Below, piece by piece: positions 40,501 to 53,316 of a stretch of 64,000 nt of DNA; the stretch's first letter is position 1; each line of letters begins with the position of its first letter. The position numbers and the translations under genes were made by a program. Below the pieces are notes generated by a model. The model made no database searches. It was not told where the DNA came from and saw only the letters and a program-made list of their open reading frames with translations. Origin of the DNA: Lingula anatina (lineage: Eukaryota; Animalia; Brachiopoda); contig CM120640.1 of NCBI GenBank assembly GCA_051362555.1, positions 5,084,001 to 5,148,000 of the forward strand. Direction: 5' to 3'.

Positions 40501-41901
40501 CGTGAAGTGTTCCTTACTTTCAAGTCAGATGAAGGAGGAAACCGTGCTGGATTTATTGTCAATTTTAAAGCTATTGAGAAGCCAGGTAAAATGAAGTCGT
40601 CCAGCAACAACTAGTACCTCCTCGAATACAATAAATTTGTTTTATTTTTTTCAGTAATTTCTGAATTAAAAGATGTATTCATTTGTCTTACATAAAAATA
40701 AATACCTGCAGTGTAGAGCTTATTAAACCACTGATATAAACCATCTATAAAGATGTTCATGACATTTTGTAATCCCTTCCCACTAAAAAGATGTTTTCCG
40801 TACATGTGTTTTCAACAGCCCCGTCAGCCTGTAGTGGTGGAGTCACCCTTACCAAGCCGGGTGCCACGCTCGCCCCCCTGATGAGCTACCGTAAGGGGAA
40901 ATTCTACGTGGGTTACAGGGATGATCTGGACTGCACTTGGACCATAACTGCGCCTTCTGATAACGTGAGTTTGCCAGTACTACAGTGATATTTCTGTTGA
41001 TGATATTTACACAAGAAATATCCTTTTTTTCGGAGTTCTATACACACCTGTAATGAATGTTTTCACGGATATTTTAAATGATAAATCCAGGTATTCATTG
41101 CAATAAAAGATTACGAAAATGCAAAAATACCTCAATTGGGATTTTATTCTTTAAAAATTGTCGTATGTGCCGCCCTAGTATTGAAAAAGAAACGCAACAG
41201 AATTGCGCAAGGCAGCATTTTGCATATATGTGTATATATATATATACGTATTAAATACACCATTCATAGGAGGCATGGAAATAGCAGTTAGCTCTACGTG
41301 TTTCAGTACATTATTCTATACTCGGATCCCATGAACAAGTACAGACCAGACGAGAAATACATCGATATTGAAGACAGCAGTGACTGCAGCTTGGACGCAC
41401 TGAGCGTCACCGAGGACGGCGTTTCTAAGAAGTACTGCGGTAAACGGACTCTTTTCTACGTCTCCAACGGCAACACTATCAAGGTTCACTTTGCCTCGGA
41501 TGAATCCACAAATAAAAGAGGGTTTAAGTTAGGCTATGAATTTAAACCCAAAACAAAAGAAGGTAAAAGCGTCCGTCATTTTTAATGTTTTAAATATATT
41601 GACTTACATGTACATAATTTTCACTGCCATTCTTTGTACCTGAGAACTTTCACAGAAATATGGATGAAATGATAACATTTTTGTCAGTATTGGACTTTGA
41701 GACTATGACTTCACTGCTACTGTTTTTAATTGCTTTATCTTTATTTTGATAGAGGACCAGATGAAAGGCTGTGTAGCCCCTATGACCTTGACGGCGCCAG
41801 TTGTCTTAAATCCGTTCAAAGATATGAAAAATTACAGCAATGGCCTTGACTGCACTTGGGTTCTACAAGCCCCGCAAGGAAAGGTATATTACAATTTTCA
41901 A

Positions 41902-41936
<35 letters not shown>

Positions 41937-42422
41937 AAAGAGCGATAACTGCTAAATGATTTTCTACATTCACACACATTTCCATTTCTTTGTCGCCGCA
42001 GTCATACGTTGTGTTACTACATTACAATCAGTGGTACATTTTATTTATCATCAGTACTGCGTTATTTACTAAATATCAACTGTCTTTTATAGCAACTCAA
42101 ACTCCTCCTGTCTGAGAGCAACATGCGACCAAAATACTTTTTAGTCATCGAAGAAAAGAGCCACGCCATATTTTTAGCAAATGAAGCCACCGTAACCCCT
42201 CAGACGATATTCTCATCCAGTTCGACCTTGACCGTCCAGTTTAAATCCGATGAAAAAAATACAGGACCCGGGTTTGTTCTCAGCGTCGACCTGTTGGACA
42301 AAGCCGTTGACAAACTTCAAGCAGACGACACCCAAGAAATGAAAGAAAAGAGTGATACAAATTCAGGTGCAATAGTTTTGATCCGAGAGCTAATTAATGT
42401 GTTAAAGAAAAAGGATTTTTAA
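37543..42422 (+). CDS. Secreted protein with signal peptide and three CUB domains (~435 aa, 7 exons)
   Basis: Exons ~37543-37588 (MYQLLILATVALCTSG), 39409-39548, 40324-40585, 40819-40963, 41307-41562, 41753-41883, 42093-42422. CUB motifs YxxNxDCxWxI, CGYDSLNIYDG, LTFKSD..GF; YRDDLDCTWTI..VHFASD..GF; YSNGLDCTWVL..VQFKSD..GF. Confidence 0.88.
39750..39973. mobile_element. MITE with ~65-bp TIRs and TTA TSD (Harbinger-like) in a CUB gene intron
   Basis: TTA|GGCTTCGTTCACATGAAAAATCTATTTTCTAAAAATC...CTTGTGATCAC and GTGATCACAAG...GATTTTTAGAAAATAGAATTTTCATGTGAACGGAGTC|TTA. Confidence 0.88.
40155..40296 (+). repeat. Dispersed repeat of ~140 bp, copy 1
   Basis: Colinear similarity with 43652-43796 (GCGC.TAG.GTTTCA..TATCGCTGAAAA...TTCTC.CAC.TTTTCTAGT.TCGTA...CTATCTCGGA). 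Confidence 0.65.
41900..41937. repeat. (AAAT)n microsatellite
   Basis: Direct reading. Confidence 0.9.
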
Positions 42423-43651
42423 GGTTCCCGTGTATCCTTAAAATAAAATTGTACACAAAAAATGATCCATTAGAGGCGCAGCAACGATAAGAATATAACG
42501 AAAACACTTAATTCCTGGCGATGAAATTTACTTTAATCTTTACAATATGACCGCTATTAATTTTGTGGTAAGAACCAGAATTGTTGAAAATAAATAAATA
42601 AAGAAATAAATGAAAATGTCATTTATGAATTGTTTGTCGTATGTTTTAAATGCTTTCTCTTGCTGTGAAAAGTAAACAATATCGAATGCTTAGCAACAGC
42701 ACAGAGTTTGTGAAACTGTAAATGTATTCCATGTAACTCGGTGGTATCATGGATACTCTTGTTCCAGACACATCAGCTCTATCATGCGAAAATCGATTGC
42801 TAACGGCATATAAACGAATTGCGTCGCCCATCTAGATTTCTTAATTCCTCATGAATAGCAAAAACTGTACGACGCTGCTTGGAAAAAGCAAGGTGTCTTC
42901 ATTGGAAAAAGTAGAATCTGATACTTCGGGGAACTTGAAGGCGCTCGTGTAACTGGGTGATTTGCGCGCAGACACACACAGAACGTCACATGTTTTGTAA
43001 TATAACATTTGCCACGGGCACAGTCTGATGAAATCGTACACACTTTTCTTTGCGATTATTCCACATCGTTAATGGCTGCGGGCTACGGCGAGTAGGTTTG
43101 CGTAAATAGCGTGCGGATTCGACCATTTTACGATCACCGCAGGTCCACGTGCACCGAACAATGTCCGGACCGGAACTCTGCAATACCATCAGAGGTATTG
43201 CTACGGCCTATGAACTTACGATTTTTGAAATTTCGTCAAAATTTTTAGCCTAATAAAACCGTAGAAATAACAGAGAGATGAAGTTCAGAAATAGTATTCA
43301 TGAAAAACTGTACAATCTAAGCCATTGTCAGAAGTCCGTTTTTTCGGACATCTATTCTTAACAAAGGAAAGCAAATAAAATATTTCAGCACGGTAGTTTT
43401 TCACTGTTTCATTATCTTATTCCCTGTCCATATCCATACAAGGAGGTCAATGACAACCACTTATGATAGCCCAAAGTCTCGCGACTTAGCTTAAAATCAA
43501 ACGAGATATAGATTTGGAGGAGAATGGGATCAGAAATAATGACAGACAAGCAGTAAAGCTGACAAATATTATCCACGGATTTTTTTTCATTTTTTTCTCT
43601 TAAGTTCTATCACCACGTTTTGCGCACCATTTTCGTTTTGCTTTCTAAAAA

Positions 43652-43796
43652 AACCTTCCCAGCGCGTAGGGTTTCAGACGTATCGCTGAAAAAATAAACC
43701 CTGCCCTGCGCGGCTTCTCACACATTTTCTAGTGTCGTATAACGTCACGCGTGTGTAGACGGTTTCGTCGTAGGCTATCTCGGAATATTTCAATTT
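43652..43796 (+). repeat. Dispersed repeat of ~140 bp, copy 2
   Basis: See 40155-40296. Confidence 0.65.
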
Positions 43797-46589
43797 CTGC
43801 CACCATTACAGATAACTGCTTGTAGCATAAAACGCTACTGGAAAATCGTAACTGCGGGGTGTAGCTTGATAATGCTATCTGTTTATTATCAACGCTCGAT
43901 CACTGTCACTTTACTCATTTTTACTGGTGACATTTTTGGACACATACGTATCTATAAATTGAAATATGATTTACAATACATACACGCATGCAGTTTCTTA
44001 TGCGTTTTGTCAAGCAAAGATCAATCAAATACAAGTGCTAGTGTTTCAGCTTGTAAAAGGCGCCTTTTCAATATGTGACTGTGAGTAGGCTTATATTTCA
44101 TGTCAGGGGAAAAACCCCGCCGAGACATAAGGCGAAAAAATATGTCTACAAACCATCAAATGTTTCCTTTTAAAACATACAATTGCAATTTGTAAATTAA
44201 TCCTTAAAATTCATTTTACTGGCTTTTCTTATTTGTTTTCGCAACTATGTCCGGTGTTTACCGTACCCAAAAAAATAATTTTTACACAAGAATATCAAAC
44301 GAGTGCCAGCCGACAATGGCGGTAGTTGGGGCGCGCTTTGTTTCATCTTCATTTACTCGGGGCAGATAACTTATCACCAATACATCAGGTCGCCTGGACC
44401 GTACCAGACTTCATATACCAGTCTGGTGACTGATTGTTATCCTGCATTGTAATAATGGGGGTTGCGGTGTTTGGCGCTGATGTAAACTGCAATCCTCGTT
44501 AACAAAACAGGTGCGTGAACAAGCAGAACTAGTGACCTCCTCTGATAATAGCGACAAGTCCTTGAAAACAGGTTTAATATTCAGATCCAAGTTTAGATTA
44601 TTACTGATTATACGTAAACATAAAGATACTGCATAGGTCGTGCGTATATACATTATCTAATGTAACGTACATGCCTAAATAAGAAAACACGCAACTGTGT
44701 TGATTTACTGCCAATTTTTAATCGTTTGTTGTCTTCTTTTGTAGACCCGATGATAAAAGCCTTACTACCTTATAAAATAAAACAAAAATAGATATTTCAA
44801 ACGGAACGGTCTAAAATATATCTAGATGATGAAAGTTTGAAAAGCATCACACAGGGAGTGGTGAAGCTTTGTGGCATACATATAATTTATCTATCGAACG
44901 TTCGCGTTCTTCGATAATAGACAATTGATGCAATTTGCTTCAAGTTTATGTTGTGTATCACTGCGGTTAAAGGTCCATTTTCTTGTCGGTAGTAGCACTG
45001 AAAATGAAAGGGACCAAAAGCAAAATAATCTATAAGGGGGAAATTGCCGGTCGGTGCACGCGTGTTGTGTTGAGCTGGCCATGATATAGCGCGAATCAAT
45101 ATCTAGATATATGGGTTGCCAGCATCGATCCGTTCCTTGTAAGCACTTCCAGTCTATGCTACACCAAGTGTCGCGAACAATATTATGGCGGTGCGGTGCT
45201 TTCGTGCGGTGTCCATATTTAGTGTGGTGTTGCGTGTGGAAGCGGAGATGCTTACATTAAGTCGCCCTGCAATCCTAGGTCTTCATTATCAACTGAATCG
45301 GGTTCACTAAGTCAGTGGAATTTTTCTGGACTCGGACGACCTCGCGGATATATCCCATTGCTGCACATGGTCTTGTTAGATAACCGCTTTTGTTCAGAAA
45401 AACAATAACTCTTTTAAAAATACCGCATACATGTATCTCGGATACGCAATAATGAGCCTATACTATTCGAAATTAAATTTTTATACGACAGACTCTCGCT
45501 GAATTGTAACAGACCTTGTTAATGGAGCCCAGACGCTGACGTTCAAAGTCATGTATACTCATTGCGCATTTATTTAATAGTAGATGTACACGAGAAATAC
45601 AACCTTACAACACAGCGTGAAAACGTATGCTGTCAAGCTTCTGAACATAACGTGCACTTTCACAGTGAATCCTACATCTGTAGCCCTATACTAGAATAAT
45701 CTGCCCTAGTTTAGCTTCAACCCATTGTATATTTATCACCAAAGGTTCATACAGCCGCGATATAACTTCGCATGAAGCATACTCTAAATATACCGAAGAA
45801 CAGTTGTTTTACCGCTTCGCACATTTATATAAGATTATAACGGCTACCGCTTATCAGGCCTATAGAAAGAAAGAAAGACGACTACCTTTACAATCCAGTT
45901 GACTTGCCCTATAAAATATTTAGGGGGGTCTCACCTTGTTCTGCTTTGTTGCAACACCCGGACTACAGCATATTATTCAGCTTAATTTCTTGTTAAATTG
46001 GCAATCAAATACAGACATATTTCCTAGCATATCCACGCAGTATAAAAAGTTAATATAGCTAGCAATGTTGTTAAAATGGCCCTGTTTTGATGCCTCAATA
46101 TTTTGGTGGGTGGTTTTGTTTATTTAGATAAAAGATTACTTCACGGCATCTGCCAAGGTATAGGGTTTTTTTTGGGTCTATATGAGCCTATATATATAAA
46201 CGCGTACATGTAGGCCCCTATATGTATAGCACCGTCTGACTTGTAAATATTTGACATTGTATTTGTCTGATTAGCGAGTCTTATCGGCATCTCGACGATG
46301 TTTTAAACTGTGAAGGAAATGGCCATTGTTAACCGACCACAACTGCTCGCTCCATTGATTTAGCCGGCAGACATTCGAGTGCGGATTATTCAGCGAGTCA
46401 GTCAAGCTACCCCGTCATTATGTTATACGTGACAAACCGCGCATTGTTTACCTTAGAGAGAACAAAGCATCGCGTTTAACGTGGGCTCGTATATGTGTAG
46501 GGGGTTCGTTGTATCATTGATTGGAACCGATAGTGACAAAGAATCCCCTGGGTTTTGGACGTATGTGGGGGATTCGCACAAAAAAGTAC

Positions 46590-46645
46590 GCGTATCTGTA
46601 TCCCACAATGCAACTTTGCGCGCATCTGCTCATGCGCACTTGAGG
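46590..46645 (+). promoter_or_regulatory. Candidate proximal promoter motifs (ZNF143/Staf-like and NRF1-like)
   Basis: TCCCACAATGCA at 46601-46612, then TGCGCGCA and CATGCGCA, ~110-145 bp upstream of the ATG. Confidence 0.4.
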
Positions 46646-46745
46646 CCAGCGTGTCCTCGACGGTTAACGCGAGCGCTGAATATCAGTGAATAAGTCGCTC
46701 GTTTTTGTATGAAAAACGCGTTAGAGGATCTACTAAGTGACACAA

Positions 46746-49700
46746 ATGGCTGAGGTAAAGAACAAAGATTTGATTCTTGAGACGATCGACCAGCTACGGA
46801 AGCGTAAGGCGAGACCAGACATTGAGCGAATATGTCACATGCTGGGCCGTAAACATGGGCTAAGTTCCGAGGAGATCGAAGCCGACCTAGAAAAGCTGGT
46901 GGACGCCGAGGTCGTGATCAAGGTAGATTACAAAGGCAACTATAGTTATCGCAACGCCGCCAAATGGAGAAAAAGCCACTTAGGAGGGCACGTTTTAAAC
47001 TCTAACGAAGCTAGCCTGAAGATCCAAAAAGCTGTGAGTGCGTTGACTCAGCAAGATGGAGAGGGAAGAAAGGGGGCGGATATTCACGAAATTGAGCAGT
47101 GGATACAGAAACAATATCTCGGGACAGACTCGCATTTAATGAAAAGTCAGCTACAAATAGCCTTGAACAGAGAGGTAGACACTGGATATCTCGAAAAATT
47201 ACCTAATGGGAGATATGTCCGAAGCGGCTCGACGAAAAAAGCAAAGGTTTTGTCAACTGCGTCTCCCACAAATGCGGCCTCCCCTGCGACGGCGCCTCCG
47301 TCATCAGGTGGAAATCCAAAAAGTACTCCAGGAAAATCGGTTACGCCTAGCAAGCGTGGACGGCCTGCTAAGAGAATGGTGCGTATCAGCATACTTTTTA
47401 TAAGATTATTTCAAATAAATCACCTTCATCTAACTGACTACGCAATAGCCGTTTTACTTTCTTTCTCTATGTTCGTTTGACATTTCTCTTTATACCCGTT
47501 TAACATACGATTGTTTCCTTCTTTACATATGCGCCTTTCTGTTTTTCTCTATAACTATGCCCGGCAGCGGGCCACTGAGAATAATACGCTTATATAGATT
47601 TTTCATTCCTCGCTGTATTTACAAGCGCACGTTCATTCATGGAAGCAATGGCAGCCGGTGCATATATGCCATATAGACTCGCGCTCTTTTACAAAACGAT
47701 ACATACTGATACATATCATTTTGGTGGCTTTAATAGCGTCCGTGTCAGATATTTATGGTCCTATCATTTATCTCTAAGAATATTACGATTCCGAAAGTGA
47801 GCCTAAAGTGCGCACGTCCCACACAGAGAACGAACCCATTTAACGCGTAGAATATGAAGGCTTATATTTTGCGCACCTGTGCGGTCGGCGGCGGGACTTT
47901 GTTGATTGAAGCACGGGTTGCATATAAGCCGAAGTAAAACTGCCGCTTAGTGAAATAATAGTGATCCCCCTTGTGTAGGTGAGAACTGCGCGTGATCTAG
48001 GATATAGAAATGCTTTAGGCAGTTCTCCTACTTGTGACCTAACTATCACGCTGACCGAAACTATATGCGGTAGCGGGAATGGTACGTGTAGATGAGAAAA
48101 TGACCGGTGATTAATACAGGCATTTTATTCACTGGCGACGGAAATTAGACGCAGGTTGGTTTAGCATGTTGTATCATTCCTTCCACTTATCTGAATTCAA
48201 GCATGTGCTCATCTTGTACATAAGCGCCTACTGCCATGTATGTTTTTTTAAAACGGGGCGCACGCGATTTACATCTATGATGCGCATCATCATAACAGAC
48301 GCAGTTAAGAACCTTAGTTCCAGGAAGAGGAATATTTGCGTTCAAGGAGTTAACCTTACTGATTCCGTGCATTGTTTTATGTTACAAGTACACATTAAAT
48401 ATTACGTCAGCGGTTAATGTTTTATTAATGAAATGCGGTACAATATAACTTTTCTGGACCTTTATCTATTAATGAATAAAATTTATTCATTTAATGTTTT
48501 GAGGGGTGGAGCGCGTGCAATCAACGGTGTCCACACCTGCGTGCTTTGAAGGAAGAAACTGGACCACCTTGTGTCAGTTTAGAAGAAAGGGTTTGAGAGA
48601 GAGAAAGAGAGAGAGAGAGAAAGAGAGAGAGAGTCACTCATTAATGTTATACCACACCTAACCCCGAGAAAGTAATTTGCGCTTTACGTTAAATCAAATG
48701 GACGTATCGAATGGGGCTTTATTCGCCCTTAATCATATTCTCTTTGTGGTAGTGACAGAAAACCTGGCTAGATATTTTACGCGGTACGGAATAAGTGTTC
48801 ATTGCGTTTTTAATATCCAGCCAACACCATCCATCCTAATGCGAATCCCGCACTAAATTAGATTGGGATGTTCGACCCGGCTATATCAGCTGCAAATGCT
48901 CAATCATGTGGTTGCACGTTACAGTATTCAGTAGCATAGGGCGAACACTGCTTATAGACAGTCGTGTCGGAGTGCGAAAAGTCCACGCCGAAGTCTTGAT
49001 ATTGATCATTAATTTTAACATATCTACTGACGGCGGTGGTATATTGAGTTTTTTTATTTAAAATATGTTTAAAAGATCGACAAATTCATGTTATTTGGGC
49101 CAACATACCATTGTGTTGCATATATGTCGATGTACTGGGATATCATGCATTAATGCGAAAGCAAGGTGGATTAATCAGCTAAGAGTGATCACGATGTCGA
49201 TATTGGCTGTTGAACAATAAACCTGTGCGCACGATTGAATTAAGTTTTTAATTTCAAAGAAAGGGTGGCAGATAAGTGCTTTTGTCCATTTTGATCGATG
49301 GCTGCGTTATGTTATGGAAAAGCGCTATATGTATATATCAGTCTGTAAAATCATGGTGTCATGGAAACTTGTTGTCATCTACTTCTTTTCTAAATATTTT
49401 CACTAAAACATCCCTCTAAAGGTTAGGCTCTCCGTATTGTATGCCATTATAGATAACAACATGTTCCTTTTTTCCCAGCGTTTCAAGAAAAGCCATGGTC
49501 CAGATTTTGAAACTTTTGAGCCAAAAATCAAACACGAGAGGAAAAGTGAAGAGAGGTGTGACTTTTGTCTCCTCCCGCCGGAGTACAACCGACAGGGCGA
49601 GGCTGAGGACCTGCTCGTCTGCAAGGATTGCAGCGCCAAAGGTATTGGGTGGAATATAAAATGATAATTTGATTTTAAAGTGATAAAATTTGTGATTAGC

Positions 49701-52038
49701 ATTATAAGATTTATTATAAAAGAAAAACTTGCCAACTTGCGCTTTACGCAAGAGGAATTTTATAACTACGAGAAATGCAATAAGCGAGACAGCCTGCTCC
49801 AAATATAAAAGAATAAAATTAATAATTTTCAAGCTGTTAAACGTTTTACTGCTAATATAATATTTCTACTTATTTTCACGACAGCACACCCATCATGTAT
49901 GGACTACTCACCAGAACTTGCCCGTCGCGCGAGAAACTCTCCTATTGGCTGGCAGTGCATCGACTGCAAGACCTGCATCGTCTGCGACGACTCCGGGGAT
50001 CCGGTAAATCCAAAAATTCGTCTTGTTACACGTTTCATTATAAAAGTCCGTCTTACATTTTATGTTCTGTATGCTTGATTTTTTAAAACATTCTTTCTTG
50101 CAATAGCTTAAATAATTTTCTCTTTGTCGATATTATTTTCTTGATTTTTTGGACCGTCGTTTTATTGAAAATTACCAAACGTTTCCAACTTTCAGGACAG
50201 CATGCTATTTTGTGACGCTTGCGATAAAGGGTATCACATGAAATGCCACGACCCGCCATTGTCACAGAAACCCAAAGGTAAGGCGTTTTCAGATTAATTA
50301 TCTCTCGAAATGTAATTTTCGTAGCTTACATTGTATACGATAGAGTGTAACTTTATTAATCATTATCAAATATTAATAATAATAAAAATGTGTCTACTTG
50401 GTACCCGTGGAAAGTGCTGAACATTGTAATGGTACCTTTCACCTCTTATTCAACTTATTATATGTGATAATGACATCACTTTAATTAATGATTCTTGTTC
50501 AACTGTAGGCAAATGGGCCTGCACTACTTGTTTAGAGGACGGCGTGGGCAAGGATGTCTTGGGCGCCGCTAGTTCCAGCGAAAGCGAGCGTAACGAGCAG
50601 ACAGGTACGTTTTTGCATGTTCGTTCGTACACCCTTTACAGGTTTTTTTTCGTGATTGCTTAGTCACTGTTTTTATAATCGGTCAGTCATGTCAACAGAT
50701 TGGCGTTCGTCCTTTGTATAGAAGGACCAAAGAGATGAAGCTTAAAAACTAAGATCTAAATACATAACATAATCGTTGTGTTCGTATCGTTTTAGAAGGG
50801 AACGGTCCCTCGTGCCTGCCTACCCCCAGTGACTCGCCAGTGTCAGTGGAGCCGCGCCATAACCAACTTAACCAGGCGGAACAGGTGGTAGCCATGGAAG
50901 TACCGGAGTCGTTTGGCGCAGAGTAAGCACAGGGTTCCTCGCGTTTGAAATATATAACAGGAGAATCCAGCCATGTTGCGCATGTTGTCATGGTGCTCCA
51001 GAAACTGTGTTAATGATCTTCACTTATGAAAATGATTTTGCTACAATGCTCTAGTAACTCCATGGTGTTAATTAATATGTTACGAAGAACTCTACATTGG
51101 TTTTGCAATACGTCAATGTGCCAGGCAGAGGTTTGACATGCAGGCCCCTCCGTTTCGCTTTTTTAAAAAATGCACCATTCGGTAAATAACCATATTTTCT
51201 ATTTTACCAGTTGTAAAGTCATATTCATGTATGACGCTATAGCGCATGAAAACTGAACACTGTAACGCTGACAGCGTTTACTGGATTCAATATAACCGCT
51301 TCCGCATCAAGGACACATGCATGATTATATTTGTGAAGTACTATTCACGTTTTCAGTTCAGTGCAAGCTCCGGCCCAGCTCCCGCTCACAGTGGCCCAGA
51401 CCCCATCTCCGCTGAAAGCGGTGACAGCGGACACAGACGCCGCTGGACAAGACGCATCGCGATGGACCATAGAGGACGTGGCCAAATACTTCAAGAAGGC
51501 GGGCTTCGCAGAGCAGGCGGAATGTTTCGTGGAGCAGGTAAGGAGCGGTTTCGGGGCAGATGAACTTCTCTGGCGCCCCTGGAGAGTTTAAGCTTGCCAT
51601 TTTTGTGTGATTTAAAATAATACCGGATGGATGGGGAGGGCGTTAACTGGACGCGGACGCATTTTTCTTTTATAATTAGGACGTGTACACTGTCGTATGT
51701 TTTTGTTCATCTATTTGAACAAAGCGTAAATATCACGAAAAGGAATATTGTGCGCTCCGTGCTAATGCGGGTACTTATATCAAGTGAAATATTTATCTAG
51801 ACAATTGTATAGTTGGTACGTAATTTACGGTGTTCGCACAGAATGATGACGCCAGAATTGTGTTTCTGTCTCCATAGTGTTCTGCATCACGATGCAAGTT
51901 GTTCATTTTTTTTAGGAAATAGATGGCGCCTCCTTACTGCTGATGAAAAGGAGTGACGTACTCACTGGGCTGTCAATCAAGCTTGGACCCGCCCTCAAAA
52001 TCTACAACCTCATCACACAGCTGCAAACGAACGTGTAA
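46746..52038 (+). CDS. SAMD1/KAT6-related chromatin protein: SAMD1-like winged helix + H15-like winged helix + AT-hook + double PHD finger + C-terminal SAM (507 aa, 8 exons)
   Basis: Exons 46746-47378, 49479-49641, 49885-50003, 50196-50277, 50509-50604, 50796-50922, 51357-51537, 51916-52038 total 1524 nt with consistent phases. WH: [36 protein letters not shown]: [47 protein letters not shown]: [42 protein letters not shown]. Confidence 0.92.
48595..48633. repeat. (GA)n microsatellite, intronic
   Basis: Direct reading. Confidence 0.9.
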
Positions 52039-52790
52039 AAATGGGATCTGCTCGCACTAACGTGTCGCAGACGCTAAATGCATTCCACTTATTTTATAAT
52101 CCTGATTTAACGAACAGGCCTTAATTTATTTCAGTAACAGAAATTACCGTATTTAGTGTTTCTAAGATAATGCAGAGATTTGGTAATGAATTCTGCGCAA
52201 TCTTTGTCGGCGCATGTGAATATCCCTTATTAGAAACTTCGAGTGGTATGCAAATTATTTCCCTTGCATTAATGACTTAGTATTATTTTCTGTGATGATT
52301 TTAGCCATCGGAATCGTAATTACCCCCCCCCCCAAAAAAGAAGAACACTCCTATTATGTCATTGGTAATTATGAAGTGTGGTAGGCACATATATACATAG
52401 CTATCAGTAGTTCCTTTGAGTTAATACTTTGTTTGACGGGGCAGAAATGTTTAAATACAGCAAACCTGTGCTACTTAAAAGACGTGCTTATCGTTACTGA
52501 TGGGGCAGTCTCGTCATGCTCGTATCGTTTTCTTTCTACATATTGCTGTAATATGTAGCCCATTGACTTTCAGTATTACCGTATTAAATATTAGGAAAAG
52601 GCTAATTGATTACATGTAAAATCCGTATTATTTTTTAAGAATTTGTAATTTGATGTACAGTTCATTTGAGTCCATCTAACGTGATGAAAAAATTCTTCTC
52701 TATAATTATGATTGTAAAGATTGCTCTTTCAAGACTTAACTTACTTTAGCGGTTGTTGGCAGAACAGCAAGTAAATCTTGTATTATTCGT

Positions 52791-52803
52791 TTTATTTAAT
52801 AAA
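52791..52803. terminator. Back-to-back candidate polyadenylation signals between convergent genes
   Basis: TTTATT (AATAAA on the minus strand) at 52791-52796 and AATAAA on the plus strand at 52798-52803. Confidence 0.45.
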
Positions 52804-53316
52804 AAAAAAAGAAACTACAACTACTGGTGTTGCATAAAAATGCCTCTCATTAGTTCTGTAGGTTGACATATGGGGAATATGACCACAACTAAAGACATGA
52901 AACATACTAAACATTTAAACATACAATATACTCTATGCTGCATGCTTGTTTTTGGTTTTCAGAGAACACTGATATACACTGTACACTGATGAAATTAAAG
53001 AAGTACACTGATGCACTAAGTACACTGATGAAATTAAATGACTTAAATTTGGAGTCTTTGATAATAAAACCAAATAGTTGTGACTTTTTTCAGTTTCCAA
53101 TGAAGAAATTAAACGTCACTTGTGTACAGACAGAAATATATGGTACAAAGAGTAAAGTATTTGCAAATACCACTTATGATACATATATCACAATATCCAG
53201 TTTTAACATGTTATTTCTATACACAACTTCAGCACCTTCATCTTTAGGTTTTCTACCTGGTCCCTAGTTTTGTGCTGCTACAGTCAGTGCCTAGGTGACC
53301 CAGTATACTCATGTTT

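Noticed and set aside
41018-41030. ATATCCTTT U12-type donor-like sequence
   Set aside because: It lies inside an intron rather than at an exon boundary; all reconstructed introns are GT-AG.
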